Virus record (IMG/VR): IMGVR_UViG_3300011008_000067
Coordinates: 57,661-121,660 of that record
DNA length: 64,000 nucleotides
From: a virus
Taxonomy: Duplodnaviria > Caudoviricetes
Strand: one strand, 5' to 3'
Position 1 is the first letter of the stretch, and the number at the start of each line of letters is the position of its first letter. Both the position numbers and the translations under genes were made by a program. The notes under the pieces are model-generated. The model did not search any database, was not told where the DNA came from, and worked only from the letters and a program-made list of their open reading frames with translations. Shown piece by piece: positions 1 to 9,686 of the stretch.

Positions 1-877
1 CAAGTCCTCCCTATCACAATTTGCGCATCTACTCGAACGATCCACATGATCTTTCAAACTGTGAAAGCTATGAAGAATATTACTACTTGCTCGGTCTTGT
101 TATTACAGAGTGTGAGCGTGTTCTTAAACCGGGTGGCAAGTTTGTGATGCAGTTTGAGGATTATAATTAAGGATTATGCTTGACAATCATTTTCAGTTAT
201 GGACTAAGGCATTCTGGCGCAAGTATTCAGCGCAGAGAGCAATGCTTGCACAGGGAAATCTTTATTATAGAAATATGAAAGCAAGAGATACAATCCTCGC
301 TGCTAATGTTGGATTTGTTTACGTATATAAGAAGTCCGGCGATTGCGACTTGATTAAAGCATCAGATATTACACTCGCTGAATGGGCAGAATGGGCAGAC
401 GGTGTATGGAATATTGGTAATTCAGGCATTGGACATACAACACCTTTTGCAGAAGAACTTGTCAAAAGATGTATTAAGTTATGGTCTTGCCCTAATGATA
501 CAATTCTTGATCCGTTCGCTGGAGCAGGAACAGTAAACAAAGTTGCTATCGAGTGTGGAAGAAATGCAATAGGTATTGAACTTCTTAAAGAATTTTATGA
601 TTTGGCAGTAAGCGAAAGATTCAGTAAGTGGGATGATAGCGTTTTTGAATCTGATGATAGCATTGAAAAGATGAAAGAAAGATTTACGGAGCAGCTTGAA
701 ATCGGAAAGATTCAAAGTGAAAACGCAAAGAAAGCCAAAGAAGAACAGAAAGCCTTACAGCAGAGAAAGAAAGATATTCGCGCTGAAATCAAAGAATTAG
801 AATCGCAGTTAAAAGCATTAGGATTAAAAGCAAAAGAGATTAAAGAAATTAAGGATAGTGCTATTACAGGTAATTAA
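1..877 (+). pseudogene. Beta-class DNA amino-methyltransferase (N4-C/N6-A), 5' end outside window, interrupted at ~168-176
   Basis: Frame from nt 3 reads SPPYHNLR...ECERVLKPGG...EDYN then TAA (168-170). The rest (HTTPF, ILDPFAGAGT SAM motif, coiled-coil tail) is in another frame from 176. Confidence 0.8.
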
Positions 878-879
878 TA

Positions 880-1616
880 ATGCAAAATAATTATGAAAGT
901 GTTACTTTGTGGGGGGGGGGGATTGCTTAGTCCTAATGAGCAATATCCAAGACAAAAGTATAGACATGATTCTTTGTGATTTACCTTTTGCATCAACAAG
1001 AAATAAGTGGGATTGTTTAATCCCATTTGAAGAATTGTGGAAACATTATGAACGAATTATAAAAGATAACGGCGCGATTGTTTTGTTTTGTGATGGCATG
1101 TTTACAGCTAAACTACTCATATCAAATCCTAAACTATGGAGATATAACCTTGTATGGGATAAACAAAGAGGATGCGATTTCTTAAATGCAAATGTTAAAC
1201 CATTAAAATCACATGAAGACATAGCCGTATTTTATAAAAAGAAACCTACATATAATAAACAGTATTGGTACTCAACTCCATATAAACGCACAAAGAATGG
1301 AAGTCTATCAACAAATTATGGATTCAGAAACGAAGCATTTTCAGAAAGCGAAGATGGAAGAAGAAATCCTTTAAGTATCTTGTCATTTCCGCGCGATAGC
1401 GACAGATCACATCCGACACAAAAGCCTGTTGCATTACTCGAATGGCTGATAAAAACATACACAAATGAAGGCGATATGGTATTAGACAACTGTTGCGGTT
1501 CTGGAAGTACAGGTGTTGCATGTGTAAACACAAATAGAAAGTTTATCGGTATGGAACTTGACGAAAAATATTTGCAAATTGCAAAAGAAAGGTTAGGTGT
1601 AAGCGATGCAGTATAA
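880..1616 (+). CDS. Beta-class DNA N6-adenine methyltransferase with out-of-frame poly-G tract near its start
   Basis: GDCL..IDMILCDLPF, HPTQKP and VLDNCCGSGSTG motifs. ATG880 reads MQNNYESVTLW and is thrown out of frame by G11 at 911-921. Confidence 0.88.
911..921 (+). repeat. G11 homopolymer (candidate phase-variation switch)
   Basis: Longest G run in an AT-rich window; lies in codons 11-14 of a methyltransferase. Confidence 0.9.
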
Positions 1617-1947
1617 GTTGGTCAAAATCACAGACTTGAATGGAAATGACAAAACAGATAATGGATCATTAGGTCGTATCGGAAGAATATTCGGAATGAC
1701 AAAAGAAGAAGTCGTGATAGGCAAACAGCTATTTATGACATGCGATTATCCCGGATATGAAAAATCTGTAGTTACTTCAATCGTTACTGATTTGATTGTT
1801 GCTGATGATGGTCTGATTATTAAAACAGAACATTCATATTACTATCTTGTCGAAAAAGAAATTGCTGACTGGTATGAAGAACAAGAATATCAAATGAATG
1901 TTGAAATGGCATCACACTTTGATATGAATGGTGATCCAATATCATGA
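1606..1947 (+). CDS. hypothetical phage protein
   Basis: 113-aa ORF coupled to neighbours. Confidence 0.65.
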   Translation: MQYKLVKITDLNGNDKTDNGSLGRIGRIFGMTKEEVVIGKQLFMTCDYPGYEKSVVTSIVTDLIVADDGLIIKTEHSYYYLVEKEIADWYEEQEYQMNVEMASHFDMNGDPIS

Positions 1948-2141
1948 GTCTTAACAAAGCAATCGAACACGGTAAAGAACATCGAAAGCAATATACAGGA
2001 TCGAAAGCAATAGACAAGACATGTAGAAATCATGGCGGTTGTGAGTGGTGTGAAGAGAACAGAAAACATAAATATATAGTGAAAGATATAGCTATAAAGG
2101 AAAGGATGAAAGAATTTGATCGAACTGACAATCCCTGTTGA
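1944..2141 (+). CDS. small Cys-containing phage protein
   Basis: 65 aa, CRNHGGCEWC; ATGA overlap with upstream gene. Confidence 0.65.
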   Translation: MSLNKAIEHGKEHRKQYTGSKAIDKTCRNHGGCEWCEENRKHKYIVKDIAIKERMKEFDRTDNPC

Positions 2142-3609
2142 ACAGATACCATACATAAGAACAATAGAAGGTCGCAAGTTTAAAGATGGTAAATGGATTT
2201 TTCCTGACCATGCACTTCCAACACTTCAGAAATATGGACTTGTGGCAGAAAATGTAAGTATTGAAAAACCGAAAAAAATCGAATACGAACTTTCATCTTT
2301 TCTTCGTGGCTATCAGAAAGACATTGTTAACAATGCGCTGAATGCAGGATGCTATGGGATTTTCGCTGACACAGGAACAGGAAAGACAGTGATGGGATTA
2401 GAGATTGCATCACGTTATAAAAAGACTCTTGTGCTGTGTCCGCTAAGTGTAATTGAAACAGCATGGGTTGATGACTGTAATAAGTTCTATCCTGAAAAAA
2501 TCATTGTAAACTGTTGGTCAAATTCTCGTGATGGGCGCATTAACGCATTGAACGAAGATGCCGACATTTATGTTATGAATTATGAAAGCTACAAAATCCT
2601 AAAGAACGAAATTCGTTCTGCTGGTTTTGACTGCATGATTGTTGACGAAAGCTCTTGCATGAAGAATATGACAAGCCAGATCACAAGTATGATACTTGAA
2701 ATGATTAACGTCATTCCGCATCGGTTTGTTCTTTCTGGATGTCCTACTCCCAATCACAATAGCGAAATCTTTCCGCAGATGAAATTTGTAAATAATGAAG
2801 TATTCGGGAATAACTATTATGGTTTTTTGGCAAGATACTTTCATCAGGACATGGCTAATCCGCATATATGGTTTCAGACAGACGAAGATAAAGAAAGATA
2901 TAATCTGCGACTTGGCGAACAATCCGTGTTCTTGAAAAAAGAAGATTGTGTTGATTTGCCGGATAAGATTTTCCAGATTAGAAAATTTGAATTATCAACC
3001 GATCAGCGCAAAGTTTATGACGATATGATTAACGATATTCATTCACACATTAATGAATGGTCGAAATTTGAGTTTACAGCAAAACTTATGAAACTGCGCG
3101 AGGTATCTTCTGGATTTGTCTACCATAAAGATAAAGAAATTGAAACAATGCAATCAAATAAGACTGCTATTCTTCAAGAAGTATTAAACGAAATTGGTGA
3201 TAAACAGGTGATTATTTGGTGTCAATTTCAACATGAAATAGATTCTCTTTCTAAACAATTTGGCGGTATCGGATTAACGTCAAAAACAAAAGATAGAGAT
3301 ACGATAATTCGAGACTTTAAGGGTGGGAAAATAAAATACCTTTTTACACACCCTCAGTTACTTGGCAAGGGATTGACATTCGTTAATTGTACGTATAATG
3401 TTTATTATTCTTTATCTTTCAGTTATGAAGAATTTAAGCAAAGCCAAGATAGAATACATAGAATCGGACAGAAAAATAAATGTACCTATATAATATTGCA
3501 AGCAAGAAATACGATTGATGAAAAGATATATGATTGTTTGCAAAGAAAGAAAAACACAGTAGATGAACTTTATAATGAAATAGGATTAGATATAAATAAT
3601 CCAAAATAA
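2116..3609 (+). CDS. SNF2-family (SF2) helicase
   Basis: DTGTGKT Walker A, VDES Walker B, LSGCP motif III, QSQDRIHRIGQ motif VI. Confidence 0.92.
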   Translation: MIELTIPVEQIPYIRTIEGRKFKDGKWIFPDHALPTLQKYGLVAENVSIEKPKKIEYELSSFLRGYQKDIVNNALNAGCYGIFADTGTGKTVMGLEIASRYKKTLVLCPLSVIETAWVDDCNKFYPEKIIVNCWSNSRDGRINALNEDADIYVMNYESYKILKNEIRSAGFDCMIVDESSCMKNMTSQITSMILEMINVIPHRFVLSGCPTPNHNSEIFPQMKFVNNEVFGNNYYGFLARYFHQDMANPHIWFQTDEDKERYNLRLGEQSVFLKKEDCVDLPDKIFQIRKFELSTDQRKVYDDMINDIHSHINEWSKFEFTAKLMKLREVSSGFVYHKDKEIETMQSNKTAILQEVLNEIGDKQVIIWCQFQHEIDSLSKQFGGIGLTSKTKDRDTIIRDFKGGKIKYLFTHPQLLGKGLTFVNCTYNVYYSLSFSYEEFKQSQDRIHRIGQKNKCTYIILQARNTIDEKIYDCLQRKKNTVDELYNEIGLDINNPK

Positions 3610-3612
3610 TAG

Positions 3613-3963
3613 ATGATAGCATATAAATTAGTTAGAAAAACATGTGATAAAAAGTTATACCCTTTGTTTATAGACAGAAATCATGAATATAAATTAGGTG
3701 AACCGAGGCAAGCAGAGTTTATCCCGACAAAAGGATTTGCTCCAAGGTTAGGATTTCATTGCTGCTTCACACCTTATGCACCACATCTTAAAACACATTT
3801 AAAAAGTGGAGAAGAGCGTGTATAGGTAGAATGCGAAATTGATGATTATAAAACTTATGATCGTCCAGAATCGCAAGGTGGTAAATGGATTTTGGCACAA
3901 AAGATAATTGTAAACAAAGAGATAACTTTTGATGAAGTAAATAGGATTTTAAGTAATGTATGA
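3613..3963 (+). pseudogene. phage hypothetical protein with internal in-frame TAG
   Basis: ORF continues in frame past TAG 3823-3825 (ERV*VECEI...RPESQGGKWILAQK) to TGA 3961-3963. Confidence 0.65.
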
Positions 3964-4105
3964 TAATCGAAAGAAAACATTATTAGAAACAATACAAGAA
4001 TTGTTAGGGGAAAATAAATCTGTCTATGCAATCTTTAATCAAGATGATGTAGTTGCAAATACGAACCGATTGAAAAGGAAGGAAAGGCAAAATAGGCAAT
4101 GAGGA

Positions 4106-4345
4106 ATGAATATGTTTAAAAGGTTATTCAAAGAATTAGGTTATATAAGCAAGAATGATTTGATCGAAAAAGCAGTAACGATATATCTTAATCACAGTGG
4201 CGCAACTAATGACGAGAAAGAATTTTACTATGATTGTGGGAATTGCAATGCTCTGAATATTCTTTTTACAGAACTTGGAATCAATCTGACAGATTATGTT
4301 AAGCGTGAAAACATTAAACGTGTTTACGGAGGACATGAAATATGA
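4106..4345 (+). CDS. hypothetical protein
   Basis: 79-aa ORF in a compact operon. Confidence 0.55.
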   Translation: MNMFKRLFKELGYISKNDLIEKAVTIYLNHSGATNDEKEFYYDCGNCNALNILFTELGINLTDYVKRENIKRVYGGHEI

Positions 4346-4719
4346 CACTTGAAGAAGCGATTAAACACGCCGAGGAAGTAGCACAAGAAAAGCGATATGA
4401 GTATCAAGAATGTTTAGCTGTGCATGATATGGAAGATGCAATGGATTGTGGAAAATGCGGAGAAGAACACGAACAGATTGCGGAATGGCTGAAGGAACTG
4501 TCGAGAGCAAGGACACTCTTGAAAGCAACACATGAGTTGCTTGAATCCGCACAGCCAGAGCGGAAGAAGGGGAATATGTGGCTTATTCATAAATGGGGTG
4601 ATGATGCTAAGTGTTCCAACTGTGGAAAACATTTTGATAATGTATATGACATGGAAACCCATGATAGATTCTGTCGGTTTTGTGGCGCAAAAATGATAGG
4701 AATTAAAGGTATTAAATGA
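4342..4719 (+). CDS. phage protein with C-terminal zinc ribbon
   Basis: MTLEEAIKHAEE..EHEQIAEWLKEL N-terminus; CSNCG...FCRFCGAKM. Confidence 0.7.
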   Translation: MTLEEAIKHAEEVAQEKRYEYQECLAVHDMEDAMDCGKCGEEHEQIAEWLKELSRARTLLKATHELLESAQPERKKGNMWLIHKWGDDAKCSNCGKHFDNVYDMETHDRFCRFCGAKMIGIKGIK

Positions 4720-4753
4720 TTTAAGAACAAGCAAATAATGCGGAGGGATAGAA

Positions 4754-4957
4754 ATGACATTTTTGCAGAACGTAGCAATCATTACATTAGTTGTTATTTT
4801 TGAGGCTATAGTTGTTTTTTTAAGTATCTTTTTCACATGCGAATTAAACAAACCATATAGATATGTATCAACTGCTGTATTGGTATCTTTAAATCTTATT
4901 GCATTAGGAATAGTAGTTATTGCGTGGGCGAATGGTTTTGTTTTTCCTTTAAATTGA
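4754..4957 (+). CDS. small two-TM membrane protein
   Basis: Two hydrophobic helices; GGAGG RBS. Confidence 0.6.
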   Translation: MTFLQNVAIITLVVIFEAIVVFLSIFFTCELNKPYRYVSTAVLVSLNLIALGIVVIAWANGFVFPLN

Positions 4958-4966
4958 GGTAATAAA

Positions 4967-5272
4967 ATGATAATTGATAAAGTGATTAGTGATTTTAAAG
5001 AAAACGCGAAATCGTTTAGCAATATTGGTTATCCTGAACATTCAATGAAATATCAGCAAGCAGCAGAATGGCTTGAAGATTATAAACGTCTACTAAAGAA
5101 AAAAATTAATCGTCCAGTTGAGTTATATGCTATAGAAGAGATTTCAAGTGGGAAAATAATATTTAATGCCAGAGGTGGCGCATATAAAGATAAAGAACTT
5201 GCAATAAGAAAACTAAACGAATTGGGTTCTTGTAGTCATAGATTGGTTATATATAAACTATTGGAGAACTAA
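4967..5272 (+). CDS. hypothetical phage protein
   Basis: GAGGT RBS; QAAEWLEDY segment resembles that of 4342-4719. Confidence 0.6.
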   Translation: MIIDKVISDFKENAKSFSNIGYPEHSMKYQQAAEWLEDYKRLLKKKINRPVELYAIEEISSGKIIFNARGGAYKDKELAIRKLNELGSCSHRLVIYKLLEN

Positions 5273-5274
5273 AA

Positions 5275-5697
5275 TTGAGAGGATATCCGAACTTAGAATT
5301 AATTGAATACAAATGCAAAGAAAACGCGATGGAAAAATATTCAGATGTTTTGCAAAATGCATTATTTTTGATGTGTAAAATGGATGTTTTTATGCAAACA
5401 TGGGCTAATACTGCTACTGGATTTGATCTTAAATCCTATGCTTCAGGACAAGCATTTACAGATGAATATACGACAGTATGCGAATTGTCATGGTGTAAGA
5501 GAAGTGATGATAAGTATAGACTTATAGACGTAGAAGATAGAATATACTGTGTGTTTTTCGGAAATGAAGTGGCATACATTGTTATAAATCCATCAGAGCA
5601 ATTTTTTGATGATTTGAAAAACCGAAAAATGAAATCGCAAAGAGAAGCGTTAAAAGAGTATAAGGAAGGATATATGGTAAAAAAAGATGACTGCTAA
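5275..5697 (+). CDS. hypothetical phage protein
   Basis: 140 aa, GGAG RBS, TTG start. Confidence 0.6.
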   Translation: MRGYPNLELIEYKCKENAMEKYSDVLQNALFLMCKMDVFMQTWANTATGFDLKSYASGQAFTDEYTTVCELSWCKRSDDKYRLIDVEDRIYCVFFGNEVAYIVINPSEQFFDDLKNRKMKSQREALKEYKEGYMVKKDDC

Positions 5698-5878
5698 ATT
5701 ATGTTGTAAATGCGGTTCACTTCCTACCGAAGAACTGTATTTTGATTATAACAAAAATAAAATGGTGTTTAGATTTTATTGTCCTCAATGCGGAATCACG
5801 GGAAATACACTTAATGATAAAGAAGAAGCATTAAAGGACTGGAATGAAATAAATAGTATTTTTAAAGGAGCGTGTTAA
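5687..5878 (+). CDS. Lar-like zinc-finger protein
   Basis: CCKCG...CPQCG...EEALKDWN pattern. Confidence 0.55.
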   Translation: MTAKLCCKCGSLPTEELYFDYNKNKMVFRFYCPQCGITGNTLNDKEEALKDWNEINSIFKGAC

Positions 5879-6672
5879 TGCAGTATCAAGGCGGTAAATA
5901 TATTATATCTTCTGATGTAGCAAGAATTATAGGGGGGGGGTACAAACCAATTTGAGATATCAAGGTGGAAAATCAAGAATAGCGAACGAATTAGCGCAAG
6001 CCATGAGGGGGGCATAATCGCAATGTTCTCGTTTCATTGTTTTGCGGTGCATGTAATGTAGAAGCAAAGGTCAAAGGATATGACGAGATAATTTGTAATG
6101 ATAATCAGCCGTATTTGATAGCATTGTTCAAGGCTTTGCAAGACGGGTATGAATTGCCTGAAATAATCACTGAAGAAGATTATCATTATGTTAAAGATCA
6201 TAAAGAAGAAAATCCGGCTTTAACTGGATTTGTCGGATTCGCTTGTAGTTTTGGCGGTAAATGGTTTGGCGGTTATGCAAGGGATAAGGCGCAAGTAAAT
6301 TATGCTTTACGTGGTAAGAAATCATTAGCACAAAAGATGAAAGGTCTTATGGATGCAAAGTTTACTTGTCTTGATTATCGAGATGTTGAATTACCAGATG
6401 GCTGCGTTATTTACGCTGATCCACCTTACGCAAATACAACAAAATATGCTAATCAAGATTTTGATACAGAATCATTTTGGGAATATATGAGAAAGATAAG
6501 TAAAAATCATATTGTTTATATATCTGAGTTAAATGCGCCGGATGATTTTGTTGCGATTTGGCAGAAAGAAATTAGAAGAATATTAGATGTAAACAAGAAT
6601 AACCAATTTAAATCAACGGAGAGGCTATTCGTTCATAGAGATAATTTAGAAATAATACAAAATAATGCTTGA
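5878..6672 (+). CDS. Dam/D12-class (alpha) DNA adenine methyltransferase with duplicated N-terminus and two G tracts, currently out of frame
   Basis: YQGGK motif X occurs twice (ATG5878, TTG5952); SLFCGAC motif I, CND, SFGGKWFGGYAR, IYADPPY. G9 at 5932-5940 and G6 at 6007-6012. Confidence 0.87.
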
Positions 6673-6696
6673 TTATTTGTGAAAAAGTGCTATACT
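6669..6696 (+). promoter_or_regulatory. sigma70/sigA-type promoter
   Basis: TTGATT-N16-TATACT with extended TG. Confidence 0.6.
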
Positions 6697-6717
6697 ATTC
6701 TTATGGAGGTAAGCACG

Positions 6718-6981
6718 ATGAATTGTCCGAAATGCCATAATGTAATGAAACATGTGCTTAGATTCACAAAAGAAAGAAATTGTGAATTATATGTTTGTGA
6801 TAAATGTTATTTTGAAACAAAACCTAAAAGAATAATATATAACAGTTTAGAAATAATACAAAATAATACAGGAAACAATGCAAAAGATTGTAACAATAAA
6901 CTAACTGTAAAGCGAAAAGAATCAAGCAAGAAAAAGAGGAAGAAAAAGAATGTACAAAATAGAAATAAAACAAGTAGGTAA
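6718..6981 (+). CDS. zinc-ribbon protein with basic tail
   Basis: GGAGGT RBS before ATG6718; CPKC...CDKC. Confidence 0.6.
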   Translation: MNCPKCHNVMKHVLRFTKERNCELYVCDKCYFETKPKRIIYNSLEIIQNNTGNNAKDCNNKLTVKRKESSKKKRKKKNVQNRNKTSR

Positions 6982-7135
6982 GTATACCGAAACTGTGACT
7001 GGCACTGTGCTTAATTTAGAAGATTTGCTTAATACTATACCAGTGTTATCTAAGGTTTTTCATGATTGCAAAATAACGTTCTATGAGTATACAGAGTCAG
7101 ATGCTAAAGAAACAAAAGAAACAAATGATGAGTAA
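6950..7135 (+). CDS. hypothetical protein
   Basis: 61 aa, GAGGA RBS. Confidence 0.5.
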   Translation: MYKIEIKQVGKYTETVTGTVLNLEDLLNTIPVLSKVFHDCKITFYEYTESDAKETKETNDE

Positions 7136-7158
7136 ATTCATCAAGAAAGGAGATTTGA

Positions 7159-8529
7159 TTGTATTCAGCATATATAACTACATTGAAAGAATTAACAAAA
7201 CATCCTAATGCCGACAGGTTACAAATCGGCATTGTATTTGGAAACAATGTAATCGTTGATTTGTCATATTCAGAAGGACAAAAGGTTGTTTATTTTCCTG
7301 TCGATGGACAGTTAAGCGAGGAATTTGCGACAGATAATAACCTTGTAAAGAAATATGTTCCTGTTTCTGAATTGAATGAAGATCAGATTGCTGGTAAACA
7401 GATAATTCAAAAAGACGGAATTGACTGTATTAATGTTGGCGGTTACATGGATGCAGAAAAACGCAATATAACGGCACTTAAATTACGTGGCGAAAAGTCG
7501 GATGGTCTTATTCTTCCTATTGAAACACTTTCTAAATATGTAGATATTACTACATTGAAAGATGGCGATCAGATTACAGTCATTGATGGTCATGAAATTT
7601 GTAGAAAATACATACCAAAGAGAAGAAGAAACAATTCACAAGGTACGAGCAATAAAACTAAAAATAAGAAAGAACTGAAAGAAACAGTATCCTATCCGCT
7701 TTTTATTGAACATATCGACACACAACAGTTGGCTTTCAATCAGAGCGCATTTAGAGAAGGAGATATTTGCTACATCACATTGAAGATGCATGGCACAAGC
7801 CAAAGAACAGCGAATACCATTCAGGTTACAACTAAGAAAAGAAATATTATTCTGAAAAAGTTATTTAAAATGCGCGACAAAAAAATAACGAAATATCAGT
7901 TCATCACAGGAACAAGAAGAACAACGCTTCGTGAATACGAAGGTGGCTATTACGGAAGTAACAAGTTCAGACAGAAATATCATGATTTCTTTAAAGATAA
8001 ACTACCAAAAGGAATGGAAGTATTTTATGAGGTAGTTGGTTACACAGAAGGTAATCAAACAATCATGGGTAGATGCTCTAATAAACTTGTTAAGGATAAG
8101 AACTTCCAGAAACAATATGGCGATGAAACAGTTTTCTCGTATGGTTGTGATGTCGGTGAAAACGATGCGTATGTTTATCGCATGATTATGATGAACGAAG
8201 ATGGCGTTATGGTTGAACTTCCGTGGGAACAGGTTCAGGTTTTTGCGGAGAGAATGGGCGCGAAATGTGTTCCTACATTTGAAAAGTTTATTTATACAAC
8301 GTGGGATGATTTGATGTCGAGGGTTGAAAAATACTATGATGGTGCAGACCCAATAGGCAAAACACATATCAGAGAAGGGGTTGTTGTAAGGATAGATAAT
8401 AGACCGAAGTTTGTAGCATATAAACACAAGAATTTCTATTTCAAATGCCTTGAGGGAATTATTAAAGATACATCTGATGCTCCAGACATGGAAGAAGCTG
8501 AAGAACTAATTGTAGAGGACGCTGTATGA
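7159..8529 (+). CDS. RNA ligase (Rnl2/DRB0094-like)
   Basis: N-terminal HPNADRL; nucleotidyltransferase motifs KMHGTS, FYEVVG, EGVVVR, YKHKN. Confidence 0.8.
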   Translation: MYSAYITTLKELTKHPNADRLQIGIVFGNNVIVDLSYSEGQKVVYFPVDGQLSEEFATDNNLVKKYVPVSELNEDQIAGKQIIQKDGIDCINVGGYMDAEKRNITALKLRGEKSDGLILPIETLSKYVDITTLKDGDQITVIDGHEICRKYIPKRRRNNSQGTSNKTKNKKELKETVSYPLFIEHIDTQQLAFNQSAFREGDICYITLKMHGTSQRTANTIQVTTKKRNIILKKLFKMRDKKITKYQFITGTRRTTLREYEGGYYGSNKFRQKYHDFFKDKLPKGMEVFYEVVGYTEGNQTIMGRCSNKLVKDKNFQKQYGDETVFSYGCDVGENDAYVYRMIMMNEDGVMVELPWEQVQVFAERMGAKCVPTFEKFIYTTWDDLMSRVEKYYDGADPIGKTHIREGVVVRIDNRPKFVAYKHKNFYFKCLEGIIKDTSDAPDMEEAEELIVEDAV

Positions 8530-9464
8530 GTAAGCCTAAATTAATAATGTTGGTTGGACTTGCCGGAAGTGGTAAGTCCACATACGCAAAAACATTAAGT
8601 AATGAGTATAATATTCATTCTTCTGATTCGTTGCGCGAAGAAATGTTTGGCGATGTGAATGAAAATTCAAAAGAGTGCAATGAAAAATTATTTGTTGAAT
8701 TACATAGACGGATAAAGAGTGATCTTAGAAACGGAAATAATGTTATATACGATGCAACAAATTTAAACAGAAAAAGAAGGATTGCATTTCTTAGAGAATT
8801 AAAGAATATAAACTGTTTTAAAACATGCACACTTATCTTAGCACCATACTATGTTTGTATCGATAACAATAGCGCAAGAGATAGAAAAGTTCCCGATGAT
8901 GTGATTAAAAGAATGTATATGAATTTTCAGCCTCCGCATAAAAGCGAAGGTTGGGATGATATAGAAATAATTTTTAGCTTCGATACATCTAATTTTTCGG
9001 ATTATAAACTTTCTGTTCTATATAATCACGCAACAGGAATTGATTTTATGAATCAGGGTAATGAGCATCATTCACTTACATTAGGTGAACATTGCAGGAA
9101 AGCAGCGAGTTATATACTCGAACATTATCCAGAAAAAGAATTGCTTTATTTATCAGCACTTTTACATGATGAAGGAAAAGTATTCACAATGACAGCAGTA
9201 AATAGTAAAGGTGAAAGAGATGGAAATTGCCATTACTATCAGCATCATTGTGTAGGTTCTTATGATTCTATTTTTTATATGTATAATATGGGGTATCGTG
9301 TAGAAGATTTGTTGTATGTAGCTAATTTAGTTTATTATCATATGAGTCCATATAGAGAATGGAAGAACAATGAACGACTTGAAAATAAAATGAAAAGTCT
9401 TCTTGGTGATAATTTATATAGTGATATCATTGCTTTACATGATGCGGATAAATACGCGCATTAG
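8526..9464 (+). CDS. polynucleotide-kinase-like P-loop domain fused to HD phosphohydrolase
   Basis: GLAGSGKST, YDATN, then EH...LLHDEGK...H...YHM...D HD motifs. Confidence 0.85.
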   Translation: MSKPKLIMLVGLAGSGKSTYAKTLSNEYNIHSSDSLREEMFGDVNENSKECNEKLFVELHRRIKSDLRNGNNVIYDATNLNRKRRIAFLRELKNINCFKTCTLILAPYYVCIDNNSARDRKVPDDVIKRMYMNFQPPHKSEGWDDIEIIFSFDTSNFSDYKLSVLYNHATGIDFMNQGNEHHSLTLGEHCRKAASYILEHYPEKELLYLSALLHDEGKVFTMTAVNSKGERDGNCHYYQHHCVGSYDSIFYMYNMGYRVEDLLYVANLVYYHMSPYREWKNNERLENKMKSLLGDNLYSDIIALHDADKYAH

Positions 9465-9473
9465 GAGTAACAA

Positions 9474-9686
9474 ATGACGAAAGAACAAGAAAATATTATA
9501 TCTAAACAGATACACGATGAAATGATGAAAGTCAGAAACGATGCAATGGTTACTGGTATGAAATCGGCAATCAGCGTTGTTTTGGATATATGTAACAAGG
9601 AAATAACAGATACAGAGAAACTCGAAAAGATTAGAACATTTTGTGAAAAAGGATTATACAATGGCGAACGAAAACAAACTTCCTGA
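9474..9686 (+). CDS. hypothetical protein
   Basis: 70 aa, AGGAG RBS. Confidence 0.55.
   Translation: MTKEQENIISKQIHDEMMKVRNDAMVTGMKSAISVVLDICNKEITDTEKLEKIRTFCEKGLYNGERKQTS

Noticed and set aside
3823-3825. Genome-wide TAG reassignment
   Set aside because: Long genes have no internal TAG, and TAG ends complete genes (9464, 15000).
5938-6012. T4 gene 60-like translational bypass between matching GGG codons
   Set aside because: Frames are compatible, but the stop is five codons past the tract and no take-off hairpin is evident; DNA-level slippage or deletion is simpler.
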